Positions 46,929-57,157 of a stretch of 64,000 nucleotides of DNA are shown in pieces. The stretch is from assembly GCA_963842085.1 (NCBI GenBank), contig CAWJET010000001.1, positions 224,001 through 288,000 on the forward strand, given 5' to 3'. The position numbers and the translations under genes are program-made. The stretch is from an uncultured delta proteobacterium (lineage in GTDB: Bacteria > Desulfobacterota > Binatia > Binatales > Binataceae). The notes below the pieces were generated by a model. That model did no database searches and was not told the DNA's origin. It saw only the letters and a list, made by a program, of their open reading frames with translations. Every line of letters begins with the position of its first letter. Within the stretch, counting starts at the first letter, position 1.

Positions 46929-49190
46929 TCAGCCGCCGTTGAGTACGGCTGTCGCCTGATTCAGCCTGTCGCTGTAAGCGTTTAGCGCGGCGGCCGTCAG
47001 CTTGGCGTAGCGGTTGGCGTCAGGCCAGCGTTGTTCTTCGATTGCTTCGCGGACCCCGGGCAGCGTTTTGGCTTCGTAGCCGGTGTAGCGGCCGGGAGCA
47101 TAAATCAGATTCTTGTACCAGGTCCTTCCCGGCAGGCCTACACTCTCGGGGGCCAGGGTCTGGTCCAGGTTCTGCATAAGGGCTTGCACTCGCTCAATCT
47201 GAGAGCTGGATAGGTGTGACGCATTTTTCGCTAGCGCAGTGTCGTAGGCCTTGGCGCTGCGCTTCAGGCGATCGACGGCGTCCTCCAGGGCCGCGAACTC
47301 GATATGCGGGACGGGCTCGAGCGCCGTGGGCAGGCCGCTTGATTTGGTGGGATCGGCGGCAAGCCGGAACGCGTGGTCGTGGAGCAGTTTGGCTTGAGTT
47401 TCGGCTTCCTCGCGCTTGTCATCGGCGAGCTTCTTCACCTGATCCAGATAGTCCGAAATCGCACTCGCGAACGCGGTCGTGTTCTGGAGGGGAACATCGG
47501 AATCGGCGACGCGCAGCACTATCCGCCCGACCGTCTTCGCCAGCATCGCGTCATACACGAAGCCCGGATCGACGAACCGGCTGTGGTGCTCGAAGGTGTC
47601 GTAACGAGAGTGGTAGACGCCGCTCGAGTGGCCCTCTTCGTAGAAACCGACATCCAGCGCGGGCACGCCCAAGTGATCGAGAAAGGCTGAAAAGTCCGAG
47701 CCCGAGCCCAGCGCCTCGATAGGCAAGTCCTGGTCCCGGTCCGCTGCGATCTTAGCCTCGGCCCTGACGTGCTCCGTAGCGGTGGGCGCGAGAGCATCTA
47801 TGCGGATCTTCGCGCGCAGCCGATCGCCAATGGAAACGCCGGTCTCAGGATCGATTACGTCGTCGGCGACCTGGTTGACCAGATGCTGGAAGTCGGGGCT
47901 GCCACCTACACCTAGAAAGCCCCGCTCGTTGGAGTCAGAGTTTATGTATAGAACCACTTTCTTCTTGAGTTCGCTCGCGTGCTCCTCCGCCCATTCGGTG
48001 GAACCCATGAGCATCGGCTCTTCCGCGTCCCAACTCGTGTAGACGATCGTGCGTTTGGGCCGCCAACCCTGCTTGGCGAGTCCGCCGAAAGCCCTGGCCT
48101 CGGCCAGCAGTGCGACCTGACCCGACAGCGGGTCGGTGGCGCCGAACACCCAGCCGTCGTGATGATTGCCGCGCACGACCCACTCGTCCGGCCAGGTCGA
48201 GCCCTTCATTATCGCGATCACGTCATAGATAGGTTGGATCTGCCAATCGGACTTGACCGCCAGATGGACTACTGCGGGACCCGGTCCTACTCGATAGGTT
48301 ATCGGCAGCGCGCCGCGCCATGCTGGAGGAGCGACAGGTCCCGCGAGCGCCGCGAGGAAGACCTGAGCGTCGGCATAGGAGATGGGCAAGGTTGGTATTT
48401 TCATGATCGTCGGCGCGTCGGACATTTGGAGCCGCTTGGCGTCCTTGGTCGCACCGATGCCGGGCGTCAACGGATCGCCGGGATAGAGACCCATGTCGAG
48501 CACCGAGCCGCGCTGCACGCCGTACGGCGGGCGCATAGGACCGTTGGGATAAGTCTCGTCGATGGAGTAGCCGTCTTGTGCCGGGTCGGAGTAGATGATG
48601 CATCCGATCGCGCCGTGATCGTACGCCAGCTTGGGTTTCAACCCGCGCCATCCGGCGCCATAGCGCGCGATGACAATCTTGCCCTTGACGTTTACGCCCA
48701 GCCGCTGGAGCGTCTTGTAATCGTCCTGCATCCCATAATTGACGTAGACGAGACCGGCGGTGACGTCGCCGTCGTGCTGGTAATCGACATAGGCAGGCAG
48801 CGCGGGTTCAGTCGCAGTCGCACTGGAATCGCCAGGGATCGGCGGCTCTTGCAGCGTGGCTTTGAAGGGCTTGGCGCCGACCAGCTCCAGATTCTCGCTG
48901 ATTGGCTTGGGATAGAGCACCCAGAACGTCTCGATGTGCGCGTCCCAGCCCCAATCCTTGAACCAGGCAAGGATTTGGCCGGCGTTGGCCTTGTCGTGCG
49001 GCGAGCTGACGTGGTTCGGCTCGGCGGCCAGTAGCTTCATCCAATCGCGCAAGTCATTCGGGTGAATGAGAGCGTCGAAGTTGTGTTCAAGCGTGGCTTC
49101 ATCGGGCGAGGCCGGCGCCGGCGCGCCGAAGGCCACGCTCAGGCAAAGAAGAGTCGCCGTCGCGAGCGAGATGGCGAGCTTTGAACTAAT
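46929..49190 (-). CDS. M28 glutamate carboxypeptidase II-like peptidase (PA and TfR-dimerisation domains)
   Basis: GNHHDGW, GATDP, WDAEE, YINSD, GSGSDF and YHSRYD. The start is uncertain (see findings); the first canonical start codon is at 49136. Confidence 0.9.
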   Translation of the reverse strand: MSSKLAISLATATLLCLSVAFGAPAPASPDEATLEHNFDALIHPNDLRDWMKLLAAEPNHVSSPHDKANAGQILAWFKDWGWDAHIETFWVLYPKPISENLELVGAKPFKATLQEPPIPGDSSATATEPALPAYVDYQHDGDVTAGLVYVNYGMQDDYKTLQRLGVNVKGKIVIARYGAGWRGLKPKLAYDHGAIGCIIYSDPAQDGYSIDETYPNGPMRPPYGVQRGSVLDMGLYPGDPLTPGIGATKDAKRLQMSDAPTIMKIPTLPISYADAQVFLAALAGPVAPPAWRGALPITYRVGPGPAVVHLAVKSDWQIQPIYDVIAIMKGSTWPDEWVVRGNHHDGWVFGATDPLSGQVALLAEARAFGGLAKQGWRPKRTIVYTSWDAEEPMLMGSTEWAEEHASELKKKVVLYINSDSNERGFLGVGGSPDFQHLVNQVADDVIDPETGVSIGDRLRAKIRIDALAPTATEHVRAEAKIAADRDQDLPIEALGSGSDFSAFLDHLGVPALDVGFYEEGHSSGVYHSRYDTFEHHSRFVDPGFVYDAMLAKTVGRIVLRVADSDVPLQNTTAFASAISDYLDQVKKLADDKREEAETQAKLLHDHAFRLAADPTKSSGLPTALEPVPHIEFAALEDAVDRLKRSAKAYDTALAKNASHLSSSQIERVQALMQNLDQTLAPESVGLPGRTWYKNLIYAPGRYTGYEAKTLPGVREAIEEQRWPDANRYAKLTAAALNAYSDRLNQATAVLNGG

Positions 49191-49277
49191 TTCGGGCCTC
49201 CCGGGGCGCGGCGCGATAAATCACCGGCGTCCGCCCTCCCTGGTACCGGCGAGGAGCGCGAGCGATGTTGCTTCGGC

Positions 49278-49535
49278 TCAGTATCCCTTCTCGGGGATCA
49301 CTGTATTCTTGTTACCCCCGGTCTCCGGACCGTGGCAGGCCGCGACCTGGTCCACCGAGGCATTCAAGTTAGCCGCGATCTGGGCGTCGGTCTGTCCGGC
49401 CTGCGCCTGCGTTTTAACGACGTCGCAATCGACCGGGACATTCGACGGGGAAAACATCGAGCACCCCGAAAGTCCTGCCATGAATAACAGTCCCGATGCG
49501 GTTGCGATCCAAGTATTGCGTACCTTTCGCTGCAT
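49278..49535 (-). CDS. Small hypothetical lipoprotein
   Basis: Basic N-terminus, hydrophobic core and lipobox LSGC; two further Cys; GGAG RBS. Confidence 0.75.
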   Translation of the reverse strand: MQRKVRNTWIATASGLLFMAGLSGCSMFSPSNVPVDCDVVKTQAQAGQTDAQIAANLNASVDQVAACHGPETGGNKNTVIPEKGY

Positions 49536-49702
49536 TATTTTTCTCCGGTTAGATCAGAATCTCTGCTCGGTTTCCCCACATGCATTAACATTCACAAAAC
49601 CATCCGCGCACTCTTATCATTTGTCGCCAAAATTCGATAGTAAGGCGGTGCAGTCCAAGTCGGCTTGCGTCTGCGCGCGCGAAGTTGGAAATTCAGCGTT
49701 CG

Positions 49703-50830
49703 ATGAGAATTGAAACGCAACGCCCGACCGTCGCCGAGATCGATCTCGCCGCGCTGCGCTCGAACTTCCGCGCGCTGAGGGCCGTGGCCGCGCACGGCGA
49801 ATTGATGGTGGTGGTCAAGGCCGACGCATACGGGCATGGCGCCGTGACGGTGGCGCGTGCGCTGATCGACGAAGGCTGCCGTCACTTCGGAGTCGCCACA
49901 CTCGACGAGGCGCGCGAGCTGCGACAGGCGGGAGTTCGCGCGCGCGTGTACCTGCAGGCGGGCTTCTTCGTCGAGCAGGCAGCGGAGATCATCGCGCTCG
50001 ACTTGACCCCGTTCGTCTTCGACGCCGCGATGATCGCGCCGCTCGACCGCGCGGCCGCGTCGGCGGGCCGCAAAGATTTCCCGATTCACCTCAAGGTTGA
50101 CAGCGGCGCGACCCGGCTGGGCGTGATGCCCGCGAACATTCCCGATGTGATCGAGGCGGTGCGGCACGCGACGGCGGTGCGCCTCGAGGGCGTGTGCACG
50201 CTGCTGGCCAACGCCGGCGATCCGCAGAGTCCGATCACCGACACGCAACTCGGCGTCTTTAACAAAGCGATCGAGACGCTGAAGGCGGCCGGGATAAATC
50301 CCTCGGTGATCCACGTCGCAAATTCCGCGGCGCTGGTGCTGCGCTACGACTCGCATTTCAACCTGGCGCGGCCGGGTCTGGCGGTCTATGGCCTGCCGCC
50401 CGTGGCCGCCGTGCGCGAGCGCGTGGAGCTGCGGCCCGTCATGACCTTCAAAACGCGGCTGATGCAAATCAAGCGCGCGCCGGCCGGCAGCGGCGTCGGC
50501 TATGGGCATACGTTCGTCACGCCGCGCGAAAGCCTGATCGGCGTGCTGCCGGTCGGTTACGCCGACGGTTACCGCAGAGGGCTGCAGCACGGCGGCGAAG
50601 TGATCGTGCGCGGCGCGCGCGCGCCGGTGGTCGGCGCAGTCTCGATGGATCTGACGACGATCGACTTGACCGACATCGCGGGCGCAGCGGTCGGCGATGA
50701 GGTAATCTTGTGGGGCGAATCGGGCGGCGAGATTATCAGCGTGAACGAGGTCGCGCGTCTGGCGCAGACAATTTCGTACGAGATGCTATGTACGGTCGGC
50801 AAACGAGTGCCGCGCGTGATTCGGAGCTAG
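49703..50830 (+). CDS. alr: Alanine racemase
   Basis: VVKADAYGHG (PLP lysine), ANSAA, ARPG, VGYG, GYADG, SMD and ISYE. Confidence 0.93.
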   Translation: MRIETQRPTVAEIDLAALRSNFRALRAVAAHGELMVVVKADAYGHGAVTVARALIDEGCRHFGVATLDEARELRQAGVRARVYLQAGFFVEQAAEIIALDLTPFVFDAAMIAPLDRAAASAGRKDFPIHLKVDSGATRLGVMPANIPDVIEAVRHATAVRLEGVCTLLANAGDPQSPITDTQLGVFNKAIETLKAAGINPSVIHVANSAALVLRYDSHFNLARPGLAVYGLPPVAAVRERVELRPVMTFKTRLMQIKRAPAGSGVGYGHTFVTPRESLIGVLPVGYADGYRRGLQHGGEVIVRGARAPVVGAVSMDLTTIDLTDIAGAAVGDEVILWGESGGEIISVNEVARLAQTISYEMLCTVGKRVPRVIRS

Positions 50831-52405
50831 ATGGCGATGAGCAATGAAAGGGTCACGATCAGGCGGGCGCTGATAGGCGTCGCGGACAAGGCCGGCGTGG
50901 CGGATTTAGCCAAGGCGCTGGCGCGGCACGGCGTCGAGATCGTATCGACCGGGGGCACCATGGCGGCTCTGGAAGCGGCCGGCGTGAAAGTCCGATCGGT
51001 CGAGAGTTTCACCGGCTCGCCCGAGATGCTCGACGGACGCGTCAAGACGCTGCATCCGAAGATTCACGGCGGAATTCTGGCGCGGCGCGCCGACGAGAGC
51101 CATCGGCGCCAGGTGCTGCAGCATGGGATCGAGCCGATCGACCTGGTGGTCGTGAATTTCTATCCATTCGAAAAGACAGTTGCGAAGTCAGGCGTGAGTC
51201 TCGACGAAGCGATCGAAAATATCGACATCGGCGGACCCACGATGGTGCGCGCCGCGGCAAAGAATTATGCCGACGTGGCGGTCGTCGTCGATCCGGCGGA
51301 CTACGGCGCGATCGCCGTCGAACTCGACGCGAACCGGGGCGCGCTCACCGCGGACACGCGATGGCGGCTGGCGCGCAAGGCGTTCGCGCGCGTGACCGCG
51401 TACGACGCGGCAATCGCGAACTACCTGGGCGCGCATACGAGCGCCGGCGACGTGTCTCCACTCGGCGAGACCTTCAGCCTTGCGCTCGAGCGCGAGCAGG
51501 CGCTGCGCTACGGCGAGAATCCGCATCAGGTAGGAGCGCTGTACGGCCGCTTCCTTGAGATCGCGCATCAGCTTCACGGCAAAGAGCTGTCGTTCAACAA
51601 TGTCGTCGATATCAGCTCGGCAATGAACCTGATGCTCGAGTTCGAAGACGAGCGGCGCGCGGTCGTGGCGATCCTCAAGCACAACACTCCCTGCGGCGTG
51701 GGCGTCGCGGATACGCTGAAGGGCGCGTGGGACAAGGCGTTCGCAACCGATCCGGACTCGCCGTTCGGCGGCATCATCATCGCGAATCGGCCGTGGGAGA
51801 TGGAGTTCGCGCGCGCGGTCGACGAGCTGTTCACCGAGGTGCTGATCGGCCCTGCGTATCCAGACGACGTGATCGCGTTCCTGCGCAAGAAGAAAAATCG
51901 GCGCGTGATGACGTTCAACTCGAAGGCGGTGGATCGCAACGAACTCGACGTCAAGAAGGTGCTCGGCGGATTGCTGGTGCAGACACCGGATCTGGCGATC
52001 GAAGACCCGCGCAAGGGCAAAGTCGTGACGCGGCGGGCACCGACCGACGCCGAGCTGCGCGCGCTCACGTTCGGAATCAAGGTCTGCAAGCATATCAAGT
52101 CCAACGCGATCGCATTCGTCGCCGAAGATCGCACGCTGGCGGTCGGCGGCGGTGCGACCTCGCGCATCGATCCGGTGTACGCGGCGCGCGAAAAAGCGGC
52201 GCGGCTCAAAGTTCCGCTCGAAGGTTCGGTGCTAGTGTCCGAAGCGCTGTTTCCGTTTCCCGACGGCCCGACGCTCGCGGCTGAGGCGGGCGCGACCGCG
52301 ATCGCGCAACCCGGAGGCGCCGTGCGCGACGATGAAGTGATCGCGGCGGCCGACAAGTTCGGTCTCGCGATGGTATTCACGGGGGTGCGCCACTTCAGGC
52401 ATTAG
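50831..52405 (+). CDS. purH: Bifunctional AICAR transformylase / IMP cyclohydrolase
   Basis: STGGT, GRVKTLHP, IDIGGP, LRYGENPHQ, KHNTPCG and RHFRH. Confidence 0.96.
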   Translation: MAMSNERVTIRRALIGVADKAGVADLAKALARHGVEIVSTGGTMAALEAAGVKVRSVESFTGSPEMLDGRVKTLHPKIHGGILARRADESHRRQVLQHGIEPIDLVVVNFYPFEKTVAKSGVSLDEAIENIDIGGPTMVRAAAKNYADVAVVVDPADYGAIAVELDANRGALTADTRWRLARKAFARVTAYDAAIANYLGAHTSAGDVSPLGETFSLALEREQALRYGENPHQVGALYGRFLEIAHQLHGKELSFNNVVDISSAMNLMLEFEDERRAVVAILKHNTPCGVGVADTLKGAWDKAFATDPDSPFGGIIIANRPWEMEFARAVDELFTEVLIGPAYPDDVIAFLRKKKNRRVMTFNSKAVDRNELDVKKVLGGLLVQTPDLAIEDPRKGKVVTRRAPTDAELRALTFGIKVCKHIKSNAIAFVAEDRTLAVGGGATSRIDPVYAAREKAARLKVPLEGSVLVSEALFPFPDGPTLAAEAGATAIAQPGGAVRDDEVIAAADKFGLAMVFTGVRHFRH

Positions 52406-52416
52406 CAGGCCGCGCG

Positions 52417-53724
52417 ATGAAGGTACTGGTCATCGGCAAAGGCGGGCGCGAGCACGCGATCGTGTGGCGGCTCCATCAGAGCGAGACCGTGTGGAAGATT
52501 TTTTGCGCGAGCGGAAACCCGGGGATCGATCAAATCGCGGAGGCGGTGCCGATCGCGCCGACCGACGTAGCCGCGCTGGTGGAATTCGCGAAGTCGAAGG
52601 CGGTCGATCTGACGGTCGTAGGTCCGGAGGACCCGCTCGCCGCTGGAATTGTCGATCAGTTCACGCGCGCGGGGCTTAAAATATTCGGGCCGACCGCGGC
52701 TGCGTCGCAACTCGAGACCAGCAAGTCGTTTGCGAAAACGATCATGCGCGAGGCGGGCGTGCCGACCGCCGACTTCGCTGCGTTCGACGACGCCGACTCC
52801 GCGCGCCGCTACGTGAAGTCGCGCACCGGATCGATGGTCGTCAAGGCCGATGGGCTCGCGCTTGGCAAAGGTGTCACCGTTTGTCACGGGGTCAAGGCCG
52901 CTCTGGAAGCGGTCGCGGATGCGATGGAGCGGCGGCGCTTCGGAGCGGCAGGCAATCGCGTAATTGTCGAGGAGTTTTTGACCGGCCAGGAAGTTTCTTT
53001 TTTCGCGCTGTGCGACGGCAAGAACGCCATCCCGCTCGGCACCTTCCAGGATCACAAGGCCGTGTTCGAGGACGATCGCGGCCCCAACACCGGCGGGATG
53101 GGCGCGTACTCGCCGGTCCGGCAATTCGGCCCCGAAATGGAAGCGCGCGTGATGCGCGAGGTGGTCGGGCCGACGCTGGCGGCGATGAACGCACGCGGAA
53201 TTCCGTTTCGCGGACTGCTGTTCGTGGGATTGATGATCGACGGCGAGCGAATCAACGTGCTCGAGTTCAACGTGCGCTTCGGCGATCCCGAATGCGAAGC
53301 GCTGATGATGCGGCTGGACAGCGACCTGGCCGAAAACCTGCTCGCGTCGGCCAACGGGAATGTCTCGGATGCGGCGGTAAGGCTCTCGCCGCGGAGCGCG
53401 GTGGCGGTCGTGCTCGCGTCGGGCGGATACCCGGGCGAGTACAAAAAGGGCATCGCGATTCGCGGGCTGGACCGGCTCGAAGGCAACGTCCCGTCGGACA
53501 TCAAGACAAAATGGGCGATGAAAAAAATCCGCGTGAAGGTTTTTCATGCAGGCACTGCGATGCGCGACGCGCAATTGGTCACGGACGGCGGGCGCGTGTT
53601 GACGGTGACCGCAATGGCGCCGGAGCTGGCGACGGCGGTCGGTGCGGCATACGAGGCGGCGGAAATGATCGAGTTCGAGGGACGTCATTTCCGGCGCGAC
53701 ATCGCGCGGCGTGCGCTCGGATAG
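52417..53724 (+). CDS. purD: Phosphoribosylamine-glycine ligase
   Basis: GKGGREHA, VGPE, KADGLALGKGV, QDHK, GPNTGGMG and EFNVRFGDPE. Confidence 0.97.
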   Translation: MKVLVIGKGGREHAIVWRLHQSETVWKIFCASGNPGIDQIAEAVPIAPTDVAALVEFAKSKAVDLTVVGPEDPLAAGIVDQFTRAGLKIFGPTAAASQLETSKSFAKTIMREAGVPTADFAAFDDADSARRYVKSRTGSMVVKADGLALGKGVTVCHGVKAALEAVADAMERRRFGAAGNRVIVEEFLTGQEVSFFALCDGKNAIPLGTFQDHKAVFEDDRGPNTGGMGAYSPVRQFGPEMEARVMREVVGPTLAAMNARGIPFRGLLFVGLMIDGERINVLEFNVRFGDPECEALMMRLDSDLAENLLASANGNVSDAAVRLSPRSAVAVVLASGGYPGEYKKGIAIRGLDRLEGNVPSDIKTKWAMKKIRVKVFHAGTAMRDAQLVTDGGRVLTVTAMAPELATAVGAAYEAAEMIEFEGRHFRRDIARRALG

Positions 53725-53729
53725 TCGCG

Positions 53730-54335
53730 ATGTCTCGCGTCGAAGATGGGATCGCGGCGTTGAAAGCCGGCGAGCTGGTCGTCTATCCGACCGAGACGTT
53801 CTATGCGATCGGCGCCGACGCTTTTTCAGCGACGGCGATCCGGCGGCTGTTTCGAGTGAAGCGGCGCGAGGCGCGACGTCCCGTTGGATTGATCGCAGCG
53901 GACGCTGCGATGGCATTTTCGGTGGCTCGCGAAATACCGAGCAACGCACGGCGGCTCGCGGACGCATTCTGGCCGGGACCGCTGACGCTCGTGTTGCCGG
54001 CACGCGGCGACCTTGCGCCGGAGCTGGTCGGAGCCGACGGTGTCGGCGTGCGCGTGTCGCCCAATCCGGTCGCGCGCGCACTCAGCGCGGGAATCGGGCG
54101 GCCGATCACTGCGACCAGCGCGAACCTGAGCGGAGCGGCGCCGGCCAGCACGTTAGACGAAGCGCGCGCGTCGCTGGGTGAAAAAGTTAAAGTTTACCTT
54201 GAAGGTGGGAAATTGACGGCCTCGGCGCCGAGCACAGTCGTGGCGGTCAGCGGAAGCGAGTGGAAAATGGTGAGAGTGGGAGCGATTTCGGAAAGTCAGA
54301 TAGCGGCGGCGCTGGCCGCAGACGCGCTGAAATGA
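53730..54335 (+). CDS. tsaC: L-threonylcarbamoyladenylate synthase (TsaC/YrdC)
   Basis: YPTETFY, KRR, FWPGPLT, TSAN and STVV. True start is the ATG at 53730. Confidence 0.92.
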   Translation: MSRVEDGIAALKAGELVVYPTETFYAIGADAFSATAIRRLFRVKRREARRPVGLIAADAAMAFSVAREIPSNARRLADAFWPGPLTLVLPARGDLAPELVGADGVGVRVSPNPVARALSAGIGRPITATSANLSGAAPASTLDEARASLGEKVKVYLEGGKLTASAPSTVVAVSGSEWKMVRVGAISESQIAAALAADALK

Positions 54336-55624
54336 GCGGGCTCAGCAAACGCATCGAGCCGTTTCGCGCGCTCATGTACAACCGCAAGATCGCCGGCGAG
54401 CCGGCGCGCGTGGTGGCGCCGCCGTACGATTTGATCGGCACGGAGCGTCAGAATCAACTGTACGAGCGCAGCCCGTACAACGTCGTGCGGCTCGAACTCG
54501 GGCGCGAGTCGGACCGCTACGCCGCAGCGGAAACAACGCTCGCGGAATGGCTGGCGGCGGGCGTCGTCGAGCGGTCGGTGCGTCCCGCAATTTTCCAGTA
54601 CACGCAAACTTTCGACGTCGAGGGGCGGCAGCTGCATCGCACGGGATTTATCGCGCGAGTGCGTCTCGAGGAATTCGATCGCGGGCGTATCGTGCCGCAT
54701 GAGCGAACTTTCCCGGCCGCGAAGGAGGACCGCCTGCGCCTGCTGACCGCGCTGCGGGTCAACACGAGCTCGATCTTCGGGCTCTATTCCGGCGCGCATC
54801 CCGAGCTCGACCGTTTGCGCGAGCAGGTGGCCTCGCGCTCGCCGCTGATCGATCTGGTCGACGACCTGGGAATCCGCAACGAGCTGCGGCCGATCGAGGC
54901 GGCCGGCGAAATCGCGATCATTCAGCGCGAGCTCGAGTCGCCGCGCATCCTGATCGCCGACGGACATCATCGCTACGAAACCGCGCTGAACTATCGCCGC
55001 GCCCGGCGCCACGAGAGTGCGTCGAGCGAGGCGGAGCCGTACGACTACACGATGATGACGCTGGTGGCGTGCGACGATCCCGGCTTGGTGATTCTGCCGA
55101 CGCATCGGGTGGTGAAATCGCTGCCCGCCAGCGCGATCGCGTCGTTCACGGATCGCGCGCGCGAGGTGTTCGACGTCGAGGAGATCGCCCATCGCGACGA
55201 ATTTCGCGCGCGCCTGAACGGTTCGAACAGCGGCGCGATCGGCGTCGTGTTGAAGGGCACTTCCAACTATTTGATTCTGCGGCTCCGCAGCAGCGCCGCG
55301 ATGGAGGCGGCGATGCCCGAAGCGGCGGCCGAGGTCCGGCGCCTCGACGTGTCGGTGCTGCACGCGCTCGTGTTCGATCGAATATTTGGGCTCGGCGCCG
55401 ACGAGATTCGCAAAGGCGGAAACATCGAATACACCATCGAAATCGGCGGTGCGCTCGGCGCAGTCGCGAATGGACGTGCCGATGGTGCGTTCCTGATGAA
55501 TCCGCCGAGGATCCAGGATGTCGAGCGGGTGAGCGACGCAGGCGCGACGATGCCGGAGAAATCGACCTACTTCCATCCCAAGCTGCTGACCGGCCTGGTT
55601 ATGAATCCGCTGTTCGGCAGTTAA
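54332..55624 (+). CDS. DUF1015 family protein
   Basis: APPYD, PHERT, IADGHHRYETA, LPTHR and MPEKSTYFHPK. Confidence 0.9.
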   Translation: MSGLSKRIEPFRALMYNRKIAGEPARVVAPPYDLIGTERQNQLYERSPYNVVRLELGRESDRYAAAETTLAEWLAAGVVERSVRPAIFQYTQTFDVEGRQLHRTGFIARVRLEEFDRGRIVPHERTFPAAKEDRLRLLTALRVNTSSIFGLYSGAHPELDRLREQVASRSPLIDLVDDLGIRNELRPIEAAGEIAIIQRELESPRILIADGHHRYETALNYRRARRHESASSEAEPYDYTMMTLVACDDPGLVILPTHRVVKSLPASAIASFTDRAREVFDVEEIAHRDEFRARLNGSNSGAIGVVLKGTSNYLILRLRSSAAMEAAMPEAAAEVRRLDVSVLHALVFDRIFGLGADEIRKGGNIEYTIEIGGALGAVANGRADGAFLMNPPRIQDVERVSDAGATMPEKSTYFHPKLLTGLVMNPLFGS

Positions 55625-56257
55625 ATGATGGACCGGCAAAGTCGCGGGTCGCGGTTAATCCTGGTTCGCCACGGCGAGACTGAGGGCGAGTCGAGCATCA
55701 GGTATCACGGCCGCACCGACGTGGCGCTGTCGGAACTCGGACGCGCGCAGATGCGCCTTGCGGGCCGCGCGATCGCGACGCGTCATGGCGCGAACAATCT
55801 CGCGCGCGTTTTTTCGAGTCCGCTGGTTCGTGCATCCGAAGGCGCACGAATCGTGGCAGGCGACTTGGCGCCGCTCGTCACGATTGATGAATTCGCCGAA
55901 GTTCACTTCGGACTGTTTGAAGGACTTACCGCCGATGAGATTCGCGAGAGCTATCCCGACGAGTTCGCGCGATGGAACGCCGACCGGCTTGCGCCGAGCT
56001 ACGCCTACCCCGCCGGCGAAAGCCGCGCCGCTTTTGCCGATCGCGTCGAGCGCGGCCTGGAACGCATGCTGACGCTATGGAGGCCGCGCGCTAACGACGC
56101 GCTGTTAGTGGCGCATCGCGGCGTAATTCGCGCGATCGTGCGAAAGCTCACGGGTCGCGAGCCCGTCGTGGAGCTGGGATCGATTCATATTCTCCGCTTC
56201 GACGGCGGCTGGCATGCCGAGATGCTCGACGTCATCGATCACCTCGACAACACCTGA
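55625..56257 (+). CDS. Histidine phosphatase (phosphoglycerate mutase-like)
   Basis: LVRHGET, SSPLVRA, EVHFGLFEG, GES and VAHRG. Confidence 0.9.
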   Translation: MMDRQSRGSRLILVRHGETEGESSIRYHGRTDVALSELGRAQMRLAGRAIATRHGANNLARVFSSPLVRASEGARIVAGDLAPLVTIDEFAEVHFGLFEGLTADEIRESYPDEFARWNADRLAPSYAYPAGESRAAFADRVERGLERMLTLWRPRANDALLVAHRGVIRAIVRKLTGREPVVELGSIHILRFDGGWHAEMLDVIDHLDNT

Positions 56258-56259
56258 AC

Positions 56260-57042
56260 TCACACGCGGCGCAGCACGCCCGTCCAGCGGTAACGGCATC
56301 GGTCGAGCGGCCTGGTGAAAGACAGGTCGCAGTAGGCGGCGACCATTTTGAACATCCCCGAGGCGAGCGCGGCGAGTTCCAACGTGGCGGGAATGGTGTA
56401 GCGCACCGGAATCAAATCGCGAGTGGTTACAGCGCCGGCGGGAAAGTTGATGGTGCATTCGAGTTCGTAGATTGAATGCAGCGGCGAGTGCCACGCGATG
56501 GGGCGATGGAACTCACGGATGTTGAGTGTAACGCCGCCGGCGCTCGCCTCGCGCTCGCGCCACATCGTGCGCTGCGACACGCGCGGAATCGGATCCTGGC
56601 GATCGATGTCGATGCAATACAAGCCGCCGCGCTTAAGCGCGCGGCCGACAGACTTGAGATGCGAGAGCAGGTCGGCGTTCTCGACGAGCACCGGAAATGT
56701 CTCTGACATAAAGATTGCCGCGTCGAATGGGCGCTCGGGGAGAGTGAACTTTTCGATTGGCCGGCGGTAGAAGCGAAGATTCGCAAGTTCGCCCGCTTTG
56801 CGCCGCCCCGCCGCGATCATCGTAGTTGAGCGATCGATTCCGACGACCTCGAATCCGTCTTGCGCCAGCAATCGTCCGTGGGGCGAGTCGCCGCACGCGA
56901 TGTCGAGGACTCGGCGCGTCGGCCGCTTGCGATGGCGATTCCAGACCTGTTGCAGGAAAAGCACTTCGGCCGGAATTTCGCCGGGGCTTTCGAGGTGCGC
57001 GCGGCGGAAGACGTCGGGATACTCGTAGATGCTCGGTTCCAC
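56260..57042 (-). CDS. Class I SAM-dependent methyltransferase
   Basis: VLDIACG, VVGIDRS, FDAA and LKRGG. Confidence 0.85.
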   Translation of the reverse strand: MEPSIYEYPDVFRRAHLESPGEIPAEVLFLQQVWNRHRKRPTRRVLDIACGDSPHGRLLAQDGFEVVGIDRSTTMIAAGRRKAGELANLRFYRRPIEKFTLPERPFDAAIFMSETFPVLVENADLLSHLKSVGRALKRGGLYCIDIDRQDPIPRVSQRTMWREREASAGGVTLNIREFHRPIAWHSPLHSIYELECTINFPAGAVTTRDLIPVRYTIPATLELAALASGMFKMVAAYCDLSFTRPLDRCRYRWTGVLRRV

Positions 57043-57157
57043 GGCGATGAGCGTACAAGCGCCGCGTGCGGGAATCGACGCTTGAGATTTCGCGGCGAAC
57101 GGCGGGATAATGCCCGCGCATCCGAGTTCCTGAACGACCGTTTAGGAGAGAGCCACG

